Sequence record: MZ560701
Source: Escherichia phage vB_EcoM_TU01
Direction: 5' to 3' (one strand)
DNA length: 64,000 nucleotides
Made by a program: the position numbers and the translations under genes. Each line of letters starts with the position of its first letter. Within the stretch, counting starts at the first letter, position 1. A model generated the notes under the pieces. That model did not search any database. It worked only from the letters and a program-made list of their open reading frames with translations, and was not told the origin of the DNA. Below, piece by piece: positions 28,956 through 39,750 of the stretch.

Positions 28956-30134
28956 ATGAGTACAGTTTTTAACACACAACAAGTCGATGTTTTGAACGAA
29001 CCTATGTTCTTTGGTTCTGGTCTTGGTATTGCGCGTTATGATATTCAACGCCATAAAGTTTTTGAAGATTTGACCGAAAAGCAATTGTCATTTTTCTGGC
29101 GCCCCGAAGAGGTAAACTTGATGTTGGACTCTGCGCAGTTCAATAAGCTTCCTCAGTTCCAACAGGACATCTTTACAAACAATCTTAAGTATCAATCATT
29201 ATTAGATTCTATCCAAGGCAGAGCCCCATCTGCGGTACTTATGGCACTGATTTCTGACCCTTCATTAGATACATGGGTTGCAACATGGACATTCAGTGAA
29301 ACTATTCACNNTCGTTCATATACTCATATCATGCGAAATCTTTATACAGACCCATCTAAGGTATTTGATGAGATTGTATTAGACGAAGCAATCATGAAAC
29401 GAGCTGAATCAATAGGTAAATATTACGATGATGTTCTNGTNAAGACCCGCNANTGGGAAAACNNNNNNNNNNNNNNNNNNNNNNNNNNNNNNNNNNNNNN
29501 NNNNNNNNNNNNNNNNNNNNNNNNNNNNNNNNNNNNNNNNNNNGCTAAGCGTGATTTAATGAAGTCTCTTTATCTCTGTTTGCATGTAATCAACGCATTG
29601 GAAGCTATTCGTTTTTACGTATCATTTGCATGTACCTTTAACTTCCATAAAAATATGGAAATTATGGAAGGTAATGCAAAGATTATGAAGTTCATTGCTC
29701 GTGACGAACAACTCCACCTCAAGGGTACTCAGTACATTATCCGACAACTTCAATCTGGTACTGATGGTGATGAGTGGGTTCAAATTGCTAAAGAATGNGA
29801 ACAAGAAGCAGTTGACATTTTTATGGAAGTAAATAGACAAGAGAAGGAATGGGCTGCACACCTCTTTAAAGACGGTACATGTCCAGGTATCAATACGCAG
29901 AGTATGTGTGCTTTTGTTGATTACTTGNCTGTGTCTCGTATGAAACAGTGTGGTTTGCCATGCCCAATCACTGATGCTCCGACCAAGCATCCGTATCCTT
30001 GGATTCGTGAATATCTGAACTCCGATTTAGTTCAAGCAGCTCCTCAGGAAGTTGAAATCAGTTCTTATCTTGTCGCACAAATTGATAATGATGTAGACCA
30101 AAATGTAATCAATTCATACAAAAAATATTTCTAA
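28956..30134 (+). CDS. nrdB: ribonucleotide reductase small subunit (continuous, no intron)
   Basis: 392 aa from MSTVFNT; ferritin-like di-iron fold; in-frame 80-nt N-run; no intron-sized interruption. Confidence 0.95.
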   Translation: MSTVFNTQQVDVLNEPMFFGSGLGIARYDIQRHKVFEDLTEKQLSFFWRPEEVNLMLDSAQFNKLPQFQQDIFTNNLKYQSLLDSIQGRAPSAVLMALISDPSLDTWVATWTFSETIHXRSYTHIMRNLYTDPSKVFDEIVLDEAIMKRAESIGKYYDDVXXKTRXWENXXXXXXXXXXXXXXXXXXXXXXXXXXXAKRDLMKSLYLCLHVINALEAIRFYVSFACTFNFHKNMEIMEGNAKIMKFIARDEQLHLKGTQYIIRQLQSGTDGDEWVQIAKEXEQEAVDIFMEVNRQEKEWAAHLFKDGTCPGINTQSMCAFVDYLXVSRMKQCGLPCPITDAPTKHPYPWIREYLNSDLVQAAPQEVEISSYLVAQIDNDVDQNVINSYKKYF

Positions 30135-30163
30135 GGACGGGACTTCGGTCCCACTTTATTATG
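30133..30163 (+). promoter_or_regulatory. denA translation-initiation hairpin / nrdB terminator
   Basis: AAGGA overlapping nrdB stop, GGGAC-TTCG-GTCCC hairpin, then ACTTTATT-ATG. Confidence 0.5.
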
Positions 30164-30571
30164 AAAGATATTGCCGCCGAATATTCCTTTATTAAATATA
30201 CAGAATTGGAGCTATTAGAAGATGCAACAATTAAAACAGTTGATGTCCCTAATAAGAAAAATGTCATATACGCTATTGCTATAGATGACGAACTTGTGTA
30301 TATTGGTAAAACCAAGAATTTAAAGAAACGCATTAACTATTATCGAACAGCCATAAATCGAAAAGACCAGACTTCAGATTCAAGAAAATCACTTATGATT
30401 TTGGATGCCTTAATGCAAGGCAAAAAGGTTGAATTCTGGGCCCGCCAATGTTTTGACCTTTCAGTCACCAACGAACTTGGTTCAATGACCATCGCAACAA
30501 TGGACCTTGAAGAACCGCTTTTTATCAAAAAGTTCAACCCGCCTTGGAATATCCAACATAAGAAAAAGTAG
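30161..30571 (+). CDS. denA: endonuclease II (GIY-YIG-like)
   Basis: 136 aa; VIYAIAIDDELVYIGKTKNLKKRINYYRT and C-terminus FNPPWNIQHKKK match T4 DenA. Confidence 0.93.
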   Translation: MKDIAAEYSFIKYTELELLEDATIKTVDVPNKKNVIYAIAIDDELVYIGKTKNLKKRINYYRTAINRKDQTSDSRKSLMILDALMQGKKVEFWARQCFDLSVTNELGSMTIATMDLEEPLFIKKFNPPWNIQHKKK

Positions 30572-30600
30572 TTTACACACCACAAGGATTGTGGTACAAT
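30571..30600 (+). promoter_or_regulatory. early promoter of rnlA
   Basis: GTTTAC, 18 bp, TGgTACAAT; spacer carries hairpin CCACAA-gga-TTGTGG. Confidence 0.65.
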
Positions 30601-30616
30601 TTAAAAAACTAACTGA

Positions 30617-31750
<1,134 letters not shown>

Positions 31751-31752
31751 TG

Positions 31753-31782
31753 GTTTACAAACACCAAGGAAGGTGTTACTAT
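31753..31782 (+). promoter_or_regulatory. early promoter of alc
   Basis: GTTTAC, 18 bp, TGtTACTAT; spacer hairpin AACACC...GGTGTT. Confidence 0.65.
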
Positions 31783-31812
31783 GGCTTTTATCAACAACAC
31801 GAGGAGAAAATT

Positions 31813-32313
31813 ATGAATATGCAATTGATTACTAACGATATGGTTGTGGCAGCATTTGGTGATTCTACAGATGGAATCCGNGTCTTTAAGAAAGGACGTC
31901 CAGTTGGTTATCTTACTGACCTACGTGTTACACTGGCCAAAAATNNTAAAAAGAAGTTAAANCAAAAGGAATATTCCACTCGATACGCTGAAGAGAAACG
32001 CGAAGCGATGCCAGAAGCAGTTAATGCCATGGTAGAATTTCTTCAAAACAATTTGACTAAATATGACGCTAATGTGTTCGTTAATATTAGTCAACCAAAC
32101 GTACATATCGCAGGTATAAAATTCTACATTATTTGCGACCCTCTTACCGACAAATTCAACCGCCTCGGAATTTCAAGTCCATATCATACAGCAGAAGAGT
32201 TGTGTGTATTGTTTGAATCGTACAAAATCCAGTGTGATGGTNNGAAAACCGTTCTTATCAATGGATTATCCCGAGATGAAATCATTGAGATTATTAAAAC
32301 ATGCTTAAAGTAA
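31813..32313 (+). CDS. alc: Alc-like transcription terminator of dC-DNA templates
   Basis: 166 aa from the ATG 7 nt after GAGGAG RBS; at the T4 alc position between rnlA and the pseT block; identity positional. Confidence 0.65.
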   Translation: MNMQLITNDMVVAAFGDSTDGIXVFKKGRPVGYLTDLRVTLAKNXKKKLXQKEYSTRYAEEKREAMPEAVNAMVEFLQNNLTKYDANVFVNISQPNVHIAGIKFYIICDPLTDKFNRLGISSPYHTAEELCVLFESYKIQCDGXKTVLINGLSRDEIIEIIKTCLK

Positions 32314-32657
32314 ATCCGATTTATGCTATAGTAGCAGCTTTTGCTCTAGTTTCTACGATAACAATAGTTGTCTTAAACAACAAAGTTGATTCATTGAATA
32401 CTGAATTAGCTTCTGTCAAAGAGACTGCTAAAAACAATGCTAAAGTATTAGACGACTTCAAGGTTCAATATCAGTCAATCGAAGAAATGACTTATAAGAA
32501 CCGTGTTTTAGTTGACCAACTTAAGGCCGAAAATGAAAAGCTCCGTAAGGATTCGAAGAAGAAGAACGTGGTGGCAAGTAAACCAGGATTGGTCGAAAAA
32601 CAAATCAACAGGTCCTTCGATTCCTTTGCAGAAGACCTCAGGAAGCTCTCAGAATGA
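32301..32657 (+). CDS. i-spanin (inner-membrane spanin subunit, T4 pseT.3 type)
   Basis: 118 aa; N-terminal TM (IYAIVAAFALVSTITIVVL) then coiled-coil periplasmic domain; overlaps downstream lipoprotein gene. Confidence 0.75.
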   Translation: MLKVNPIYAIVAAFALVSTITIVVLNNKVDSLNTELASVKETAKNNAKVLDDFKVQYQSIEEMTYKNRVLVDQLKAENEKLRKDSKKKNVVASKPGLVEKQINRSFDSFAEDLRKLSE

Positions 32658-32944
32658 TTAAATTAACCGCAGTTGTATTATCTATTGGCATTTTGGCCGG
32701 ATGTGCCCAGGATGTGCCCTTAAGCCCTAAAGAAACTTTACATCCACCATGGCCTGAATCTATTGTTGAATATAACCAGAAATGGCAAGTAAAGGTTATT
32801 GATGGTAATCCATGGGTTGGAATGCCATTTGAAGACTCTCAAGAATTTCGTATCTGGTTAAACGACGTAAAAAGATATGTACATGACCAGAAGACTATGA
32901 TATGTTATTATCGTAGTGGTTTAAAAGAGGAAAAATGCCAATGA
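32654..32944 (+). CDS. o-spanin (outer-membrane lipoprotein, T4 pseT.2 type)
   Basis: 96 aa; signal peptide with lipobox ILAGC; Pro/Trp-rich mature region. Confidence 0.75.
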   Translation: MIKLTAVVLSIGILAGCAQDVPLSPKETLHPPWPESIVEYNQKWQVKVIDGNPWVGMPFEDSQEFRIWLNDVKRYVHDQKTMICYYRSGLKEEKCQ

Positions 32945-33159
32945 CTAAAGAACAGCATGAATACATTAAAGGGCTTATCTATGAATCTGAAATGGCGGCC
33001 ATGATTTACGGGCGTCAGATTCAACGATTAGAATCTTTGCCTCCGACTAATGACCGCTTGTTAGTTCAGTCTCGTGCTAATCTGAAAAACGAATATCAGA
33101 ATAAGTGGGCAGTAGCTACTAAAGCTCTTCATGAGTATATTGAATCTTTAGTAAAATAG
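32935..33159 (+). CDS. hypothetical protein
   Basis: 74-aa ORF. Confidence 0.65.
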   Translation: MPMTKEQHEYIKGLIYESEMAAMIYGRQIQRLESLPPTNDRLLVQSRANLKNEYQNKWAVATKALHEYIESLVK

Positions 33160-33189
33160 TTTACAAACTCTCGGGAGCAGAGTATAATG
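33159..33189 (+). promoter_or_regulatory. T4-type early promoter
   Basis: GTTTAC, 19 bp, TATAAT; -10 enclosed by GGGAGCA/TGCTCC; near-identical to the ndd promoter. Confidence 0.65.
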
Positions 33190-33216
33190 CTCCTATGGAT
33201 AATTGAGGAAATCTAA

Positions 33217-33515
33217 ATGAAAACATTACTAGAGAATTACATCAAACGGTCTGATGAGTATATTGATATCTGCCGTGGAATGTCACTTGCCAATTATGAC
33301 AAAGATGCAGCAAAGGCACTAGATGAAGCAGGTAAAGCTCTTCGTAAAGCTGCTAAAGAAAAAGGGTTGGATTTGCAACAACTCAAAAGTCATATGATTA
33401 AATTTATTTCTTCAAACGTTAGAAGTACGTCAATTAATAAAAACGTTGCTGAAATTAATAAAGACCGGCGTGAGCATAACATTCGTATTCTTGAAACTTT
33501 CTTAGGAATAAAATA

Positions 33516-33516
<1 letters not shown>
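33217..33516 (+). CDS. hypothetical protein
   Basis: 99-aa ORF downstream of an early promoter. Confidence 0.65.
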
Positions 33517-34602
<1,086 letters not shown>

Positions 34603-34603
<1 letters not shown>

Positions 34604-34794
34604 TGAAACGATTATATGAAGTGATTGAGGCCATCGAACAGCATAAAGAATATTTGTTTGTAGTATGGCCTTTAGTAAATGGACAGTTCGGTATTGATGT
34701 GCTGGACTATGAACATGAAGAATGGTTGGACGGCGGTATATTTGATAACGTCGACCAGGCAATTGAATGGTTAAATGAAAACTATGTACGATAA
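34603..34794 (+). CDS. hypothetical protein
   Basis: 63-aa ORF. Confidence 0.6.
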
Positions 34795-34999
34795 ACATCA
34801 TGAAATCGAAGATGAAGCATACAAAATGCTTCGTAAACTGGTGGGACTTAATATGAGTCCTACATTAATCAACAAACTCGCAGGAATTCGTAATGATCTG
34901 AATACTCGTTACAAAGGTGAATATCATGTAGAGTTTGTTCCTGTAGGTGAACCGACCGAGCGATTTGTTGTTCGAGTTAAAGTAAATACTGTACACTGA
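34775..34999 (+). CDS. hypothetical protein
   Basis: 74-aa ORF. Confidence 0.6.
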   Translation: MKTMYDKHHEIEDEAYKMLRKLVGLNMSPTLINKLAGIRNDLNTRYKGEYHVEFVPVGEPTERFVVRVKVNTVH

Positions 35000-35006
35000 G
35001 GTAATT

Positions 35007-35282
35007 ATGTTCCCAACNTATTCTGAAATTGTAAAGGTAGTCTTCAGTCAGATTATNGCNAATAATATGTTTGAAGTGCTTGATAATGCAGCCGAACTCA
35101 GAGTTCATGCTCAACTAACTCATGTACTCAATGCTTTGCTCCCAGACCAAGTAGATTCTATTGCTATTACTCTTCTCCCTGGGTCTGCACACGTCATAGT
35201 GGTATTTGATCTTGACGGCGATTTAGTTATCCAATGTGATATCAATTTCGGTACACAAAAAATTGAATGCAAAGCAATTTAA
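35007..35282 (+). CDS. hypothetical protein
   Basis: 91-aa ORF. Confidence 0.6.
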   Translation: MFPXYSEIVKVVFSQIXXNNMFEVLDNAAELRVHAQLTHVLNALLPDQVDSIAITLLPGSAHVIVVFDLDGDLVIQCDINFGTQKIECKAI

Positions 35283-35284
35283 TG

Positions 35285-35314
35285 GTTTACAACACGGTAG
35301 AGTTGTGATACTAT
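35285..35314 (+). promoter_or_regulatory. T4-type early promoter
   Basis: GTTTAC, 18 bp, TGtgaTACTAT; inverted repeat GGTAGAGTT/AACTCTACC. Confidence 0.65.
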
Positions 35315-35342
35315 AACTCTACCAACAAATGAGGAAATAGAA

Positions 35343-35579
35343 ATGCTAAGTGAAAACCCAATTACAGTACACGAATTTCAGATTAAAGTAAAAGAATTTG
35401 CTCAAGCACTCATCAATAAAGTGTCTGAACGTTTCCAAGATGCAACATTACGAGTTATTCAAGAATCTCCTCGTTCTTTTCTCATAATCGTTAATCCTAA
35501 AGATGGTGACCAAATTACTAATCTTAAATTAGGCAGTGATGGTCTTGTTGAAGCAACTCGAGTATATGGAACACTATAA
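35343..35579 (+). CDS. hypothetical protein
   Basis: 78-aa ORF downstream of an early promoter. Confidence 0.6.
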   Translation: MLSENPITVHEFQIKVKEFAQALINKVSERFQDATLRVIQESPRSFLIIVNPKDGDQITNLKLGSDGLVEATRVYGTL

Positions 35580-35699
35580 TGAGAGCTATCTCATTACTAT
35601 AGAGAATGGTCATAAATCTGAGCACTACCAACTTAGCCTGTCTAATCCGGTTAAAGGTATTGTTGAATCAGAATCTGTTTATATCTCCTAAGGATTGTT

Positions 35700-36692
35700 A
35701 TGTTACCTGTCGTCGGAAAACTTATTTCTCCAAAAGAACTGGCTGAGATTATTCCTTTGTCGGAAGCTTACGCATCACAAGTGGCTTCTCATCGCGAACA
35801 AGTTAATTCGATTATGAACGGTGAAGACCCACGCAAACTTATTGTTGTAGGTCCTTGTTCAATTCATGACCCTATTGCTGCTGTTGAATACGGCAAACGT
35901 CTGGCTGAACTTCAAACTCGTCTTCCTAATGTTCTGTTAGTGATGCGCGTTTATTTTGAAAAGCCTCGAACTACCGTAGGTTGGAAAGGTCTTGTAAATG
36001 ATCCATATCTTGACGGAAGTTTTGATATGAACCACGGTCTTATAGTTGCACGAACATTGTGTCGTAAACTTCTACGTATGGGACTTCCATTAGCAACTGA
36101 AGTATTAGACCCATTCACGATTAAGTATCTTTCTGGTATTTTCTCATGGGTTGCTATTGGCGCCCGTACGACTGAAAGTCAGACACATCGTGAAATTGCT
36201 TCAGGTCTACCGATGTGCGTAGGCTTCAAGAACGCAACCAATGGTTCTATTAAAGTAGCTACAGACGCGATGTATAGTGCCGCCTGGCCTCATCGGTATA
36301 TGGGTATGGACGTCGATGGTACTGTAGGCATTGTTGAAGCTGAAGGTAATCAGAATACGCATATCGTATTGCGTGGCGGGACCAACGGCCCGAACTATCA
36401 TTCTTCTGATATTCAAGAAGCTTCTAACAAAGCAAGGGCAGTAGGTCTGAATCATTATGTAATGGTTGACTGTAGCCATGCAAACGCTGATGGGCATTAT
36501 AGCAATCAAATTGGTATTGGTAAAAATTTAGCAGCTAATGATTTGGTTAAAGGAATTATGATAGAATCATTCCTACATGAAGGAAATCAAAAAATTTCTG
36601 ATAATATGTCCTATGGCGTTTCCATTACCGATGCGTGCATCAGTTGGGAACAAACTAAAGAGCTGTTAACTTATATTAATAAGGTTCAATAA
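35700..36692 (+). CDS. 3-deoxy-7-phosphoheptulonate (DAHP) synthase, class I AroG/AroF-like
   Basis: 330 aa; GPCSIHDP, VMRVYFEKPRTTVGWKGLVNDP, GARTTESQTHREIASGL, KNATNGSIKVA, DCSHAN, ESFLHEGNQ, SITDACI align with E. coli AroG including the metal ligands; AAGGA RBS; stop overlaps cd start. Confidence 0.92.
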   Translation: MLPVVGKLISPKELAEIIPLSEAYASQVASHREQVNSIMNGEDPRKLIVVGPCSIHDPIAAVEYGKRLAELQTRLPNVLLVMRVYFEKPRTTVGWKGLVNDPYLDGSFDMNHGLIVARTLCRKLLRMGLPLATEVLDPFTIKYLSGIFSWVAIGARTTESQTHREIASGLPMCVGFKNATNGSIKVATDAMYSAAWPHRYMGMDVDGTVGIVEAEGNQNTHIVLRGGTNGPNYHSSDIQEASNKARAVGLNHYVMVDCSHANADGHYSNQIGIGKNLAANDLVKGIMIESFLHEGNQKISDNMSYGVSITDACISWEQTKELLTYINKVQ

Positions 36693-37273
36693 TGAAAGCT
36701 AGCACATATCTTCAAATTGCTTATTTGATTTCTCAAGAATCAAAATGTTGTTCATGGAAAGTTGGTGCCGTCATTGAAAAAGATGGACGCATTATTTCTA
36801 CTGGGTATAATGGCTCACCAGCAGGTGGCGTTAACTGTTGTGAACATGCATCCGAAANCGGTTGGTTGAAGAATAAACCAAGCCCGGTCATCGTTGCTGG
36901 GCATAAAGAAGGCACTACAGCATTTGGACGGGTAGATAATTTTGTTTTGGCTAAAGAACATCGGGCCGCTCATAGTGCATGGTCTGCTAATAATGAAATC
37001 CATGCAGAATTGAATGCAATTTTGTTTGCAGCTCGTAAAGGTAATTCTATTGAAGGTGCTACGTTATATACGACGCTTTCTCCATGTCCTGATTGCACTA
37101 AAGCTATTACACAGTCAGGTATTAAAAAGGTTGTATACGCAGAATTATACGANCGATCTCCTGAAAATTGGGCAGACATTCTTAAACAAGCCGGTATTGA
37201 AGTAATTCAGTACTCTCGTAATAATCTTCGTTCTCTGAATTGGGAACAAATCCGAAACTTTTGTGGTGAATAA
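36692..37273 (+). CDS. cd: dCMP deaminase
   Basis: 193 aa; MKASTYLQIAYLISQESKCCSWKVGAV, zinc motifs HAELNA and SPCPDC; matches T4 Cd. Confidence 0.95.
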   Translation: MKASTYLQIAYLISQESKCCSWKVGAVIEKDGRIISTGYNGSPAGGVNCCEHASEXGWLKNKPSPVIVAGHKEGTTAFGRVDNFVLAKEHRAAHSAWSANNEIHAELNAILFAARKGNSIEGATLYTTLSPCPDCTKAITQSGIKKVVYAELYXRSPENWADILKQAGIEVIQYSRNNLRSLNWEQIRNFCGE

Positions 37274-37274
37274 T

Positions 37275-37571
37275 ATGATTTTAACTGAACAAGAAACTAT
37301 GGTTCTTCGTGAACGTATTAAAACTATTCTGTCTGTAGGCGTTCATTGTGTTGTATTTGAAAAGGCTAATGGCGAGGTACGCACTATGTTTGCTTCGCGC
37401 GATGAACTTGAAGTCAAATACGAAAATAACAATCCAGCAACAGAAGTTCGTTATGAACCTCGTGAATCAGTTCGAGCATTCGATACCAAGTTAGGTCAGT
37501 GGCGTTCTTTCCGCCTTGATAAAGTAATTTCGGTTGATGGTACTCCGGTAGAACGTTTGCTTCTTATGTAA
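37275..37571 (+). CDS. hypothetical protein
   Basis: about 98-aa ORF between cd and 31; ATG just after cd stop (GTG at 37263 alternative). Confidence 0.6.
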   Translation: MILTEQETMVLRERIKTILSVGVHCVVFEKANGEVRTMFASRDELEVKYENNNPATEVRYEPRESVRAFDTKLGQWRSFRLDKVISVDGTPVERLLLM

Positions 37572-37573
37572 TA

Positions 37574-37598
37574 TGCTTTACGAATAGTATGGTATTAT
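37574..37598 (+). promoter_or_regulatory. MotA-dependent middle promoter of gene 31
   Basis: MotA box TGCTTTA, 12 bp, TATTAT. Confidence 0.6.
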
Positions 37599-37628
37599 TA
37601 ATCTATCGTCAAACAACAAGGAAATAAG

Positions 37629-37961
37629 ATGTCTGAAGTACAACTCCCAATTCGTGCTGTTGGTGAATATGTCATTCTGGTTTCTGAACCCGCTCAAGCA
37701 GGTGATGAAGAAGTTACAGAATCAGGACTTGTGATTGGTAAACGTGTTCAAGGTGAAGTTCCTGAACTATGTGTAGTTCATTCTGTAGGTCCTGATGTTC
37801 CTGAAGGTTTTGTTGAAGTCGGTGATTTGACTCCACTACCAGTTGGACAAATTCGAAACGTTCCACATCCATTTGTGGCTTTAGGACTTAAACAACCTAA
37901 AGAAATTAAACAGAAATTCGTAACATGCCACTATAAAGCTATTCCATGTCTTTATAAGTGA
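37629..37961 (+). CDS. 31: co-chaperonin gp31 (GroES analogue)
   Basis: 110 aa; nearly identical to T4 gp31 ([29 protein letters not shown]...). Confidence 0.95.
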   Translation: MSEVQLPIRAVGEYVILVSEPAQAGDEEVTESGLVIGKRVQGEVPELCVVHSVGPDVPEGFVEVGDLTPLPVGQIRNVPHPFVALGLKQPKEIKQKFVTCHYKAIPCLYK

Positions 37962-38085
37962 TATAAATAACTATATGAAGAGAACACTCTTCTAAGCAGT
38001 AGCCTACAACTGAGAGACTTGTCGAAAGAAGGTGAAATTCAGAAGAACGTGGCTACTAAATATTATCTCGAATTGAGAATTTAAA

Positions 38086-38334
38086 ATGACTAAACAATTA
38101 CAACACGCTCTTGAACTGCAACGCNANGCATGGAATAATGGTCACGANAANTANGGCGCATCTATTGATGTTGAAGCCGAAGCTCTTGAAATCNTGCGTT
38201 ATTTCAAACATCTGAATCCNGCTCAGGCTACTCTGGCTGCTGAACTGGAAGCNAAAGATGAATTGAAATATGCTAAGCCTCTGGCTTCTGCAGCACGTAA
38301 AGCAGTTCGTCATTTTGTTATTACCCTGAAGTAA
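38086..38334 (+). CDS. rIII: lysis inhibition accessory protein rIII
   Basis: 82 aa; MTKQLQHALELQR...RKAVRHFVITLK matches T4 rIII. Confidence 0.9.
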   Translation: MTKQLQHALELQRXAWNNGHXXXGASIDVEAEALEIXRYFKHLNXAQATLAAELEXKDELKYAKPLASAARKAVRHFVITLK

Positions 38335-38596
38335 GTTAAATCGAGGAGCCGTCGAANNGTCTGATTATCGATTTGCGAATCNGTATGTTTTAGAAGTACC
38401 GCCCCGACAATTTTACGGTGTACCTCTTGAATGTTACTATCATGCGTCAGAAAAGTGTTAGCTGTGTAAGTCATGGTGGTATGATGACGAGGTTTATGGT
38501 TATCCTGTCGTTAAATATCCAAAACCTATGTTCCCCTTGAGGGCTTGAGCAGGCAATGTCAATAAGTCCTGCATTTTCATTTAAAGAGAATTTATA

Positions 38597-38776
38597 ATGG
38601 CAAAACAAGCTAAAGCAAAGAAAGCAGTCGAAAAGAAAGTTGATGGTACCTCTAAACGCGCTGGATACAAGCGTGGGTCGAACTCTCGTATTAATCAAAC
38701 AGTTGAGAAGATCATGCGCAGAGCACGTGCAGTTCTTCGAGATGATGCTTCTCGTTTTGGAAAGGTTGCTGCATAA
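38597..38776 (+). CDS. small basic hypothetical protein
   Basis: 59-aa Lys/Arg-rich ORF (MAKQAKAKKAVEKK...) followed by a hairpin terminator; below the ORF-track threshold. Confidence 0.5.
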   Translation: MAKQAKAKKAVEKKVDGTSKRAGYKRGSNSRINQTVEKIMRRARAVLRDDASRFGKVAA

Positions 38777-38781
38777 TTTTA

Positions 38782-38803
38782 GGGAGACTTCGGTCTCCCT
38801 TTT
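38782..38803 (+). terminator. intrinsic terminator
   Basis: GGGAGAC-TTCG-GTCTCCC then TTTT after the small basic ORF. Confidence 0.8.
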
Positions 38804-38836
38804 GTGCGTTTAGGGCAGAAAAAGTTTAAAAAAGAT

Positions 38837-38865
38837 GTTTACTCTCCTGTAGGATGTGTTACTAT
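38837..38865 (+). promoter_or_regulatory. T4-type early promoter
   Basis: GTTTAC, 17 bp, TGtTACTAT. Confidence 0.65.
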
Positions 38866-38906
38866 AGACTTGTACCACCTAATCAATAAAACAACCGGAG
38901 AACAAA

Positions 38907-39275
38907 ATGAAAATCAATCTGAACTCATACATCAAATGTAAAGACCACGATGGTTATAAAGCTATCGAAATTAAAGAATTCCAGTGGATGTTATACAAAG
39001 AGCAATTTGAGTTCGTAGGTTGTATGACCCCTGAAGGTCCTTCTGATGATTTCTCTTGGAAAATTGTGTTAGCAAACTTTTTCACAGGTGACACATACGA
39101 ATTAAAAACTATTATTACCGGTAAAATTCGTTCAGAAACATATGTTGACGAAGAAACTGGTTACTCTGAAGATGTTACATGGTATCAAAATGGACGCATT
39201 ACAGCAGATAACCTGATAGAAAAAATGAAAGCCAAAGGTGTTTTAAATTTAGACAATTGGATTAAAGTTGCATAA
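38907..39275 (+). CDS. hypothetical protein
   Basis: 122-aa ORF downstream of an early promoter. Confidence 0.65.
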   Translation: MKINLNSYIKCKDHDGYKAIEIKEFQWMLYKEQFEFVGCMTPEGPSDDFSWKIVLANFFTGDTYELKTIITGKIRSETYVDEETGYSEDVTWYQNGRITADNLIEKMKAKGVLNLDNWIKVA

Positions 39276-39279
39276 AACA

Positions 39280-39308
39280 GTTTACTTTGGTACAGGTTAT
39301 GTTATTAT
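39280..39308 (+). promoter_or_regulatory. T4-type early promoter
   Basis: GTTTAC, 17 bp, TGtTATTAT; inverted repeat GGTACAGGT/ACCTGTACC. Confidence 0.65.
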
Positions 39309-39349
39309 AGACCTGTACCAACAAACAACTTAAACATCTGGAGAATAAA

Positions 39350-39715
39350 ATGAACTACACCAACTTCGAACGTAAATATGTTTCTAACGGTATTGCTGGT
39401 TCTATTGATACGATTTGCTTATGGAAGCATAAAAACGGTNCAGTATGTGAAATTGAACAGTGCATGACTCCTAATTACGTTTATATGCGATTTGAAAATG
39501 GTATCACGGTTTCAATCACGATGGAAGGTTCAAATTTTAAAATTGCATTAGATGATGATTTCCGTCAGCGTGATTTAGGTACTCATCCTTGTTGGAATGG
39601 TGTTAATCGTAAACTTCTGGTTAAAACTTGGATTCGTCATATCCTGAGTAACCGAGCTAAACCTGAACATCTCGAAGCAATCTTTGATGTAGTTCTTAAC
39701 GAATTTGATATCTAA
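39350..39715 (+). CDS. hypothetical protein
   Basis: 121-aa ORF downstream of an early promoter. Confidence 0.65.
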   Translation: MNYTNFERKYVSNGIAGSIDTICLWKHKNGXVCEIEQCMTPNYVYMRFENGITVSITMEGSNFKIALDDDFRQRDLGTHPCWNGVNRKLLVKTWIRHILSNRAKPEHLEAIFDVVLNEFDI

Positions 39716-39750
39716 NTTAATTGGGAGCTTCGGCTCCCACTGAGGAAATT

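Noticed and set aside
35700-36692. DAHP synthase as host-DNA contamination or assembly chimera
   Set aside because: The gene is flanked on both sides by phage genes without composition shift, and its stop overlaps the cd start codon, so it is embedded in the phage operon.
36207-37205. Antisense and alternative-frame ORFs within the DAHP synthase and cd genes
   Set aside because: They overlap strongly supported genes with clear homologues; no signals of their own.
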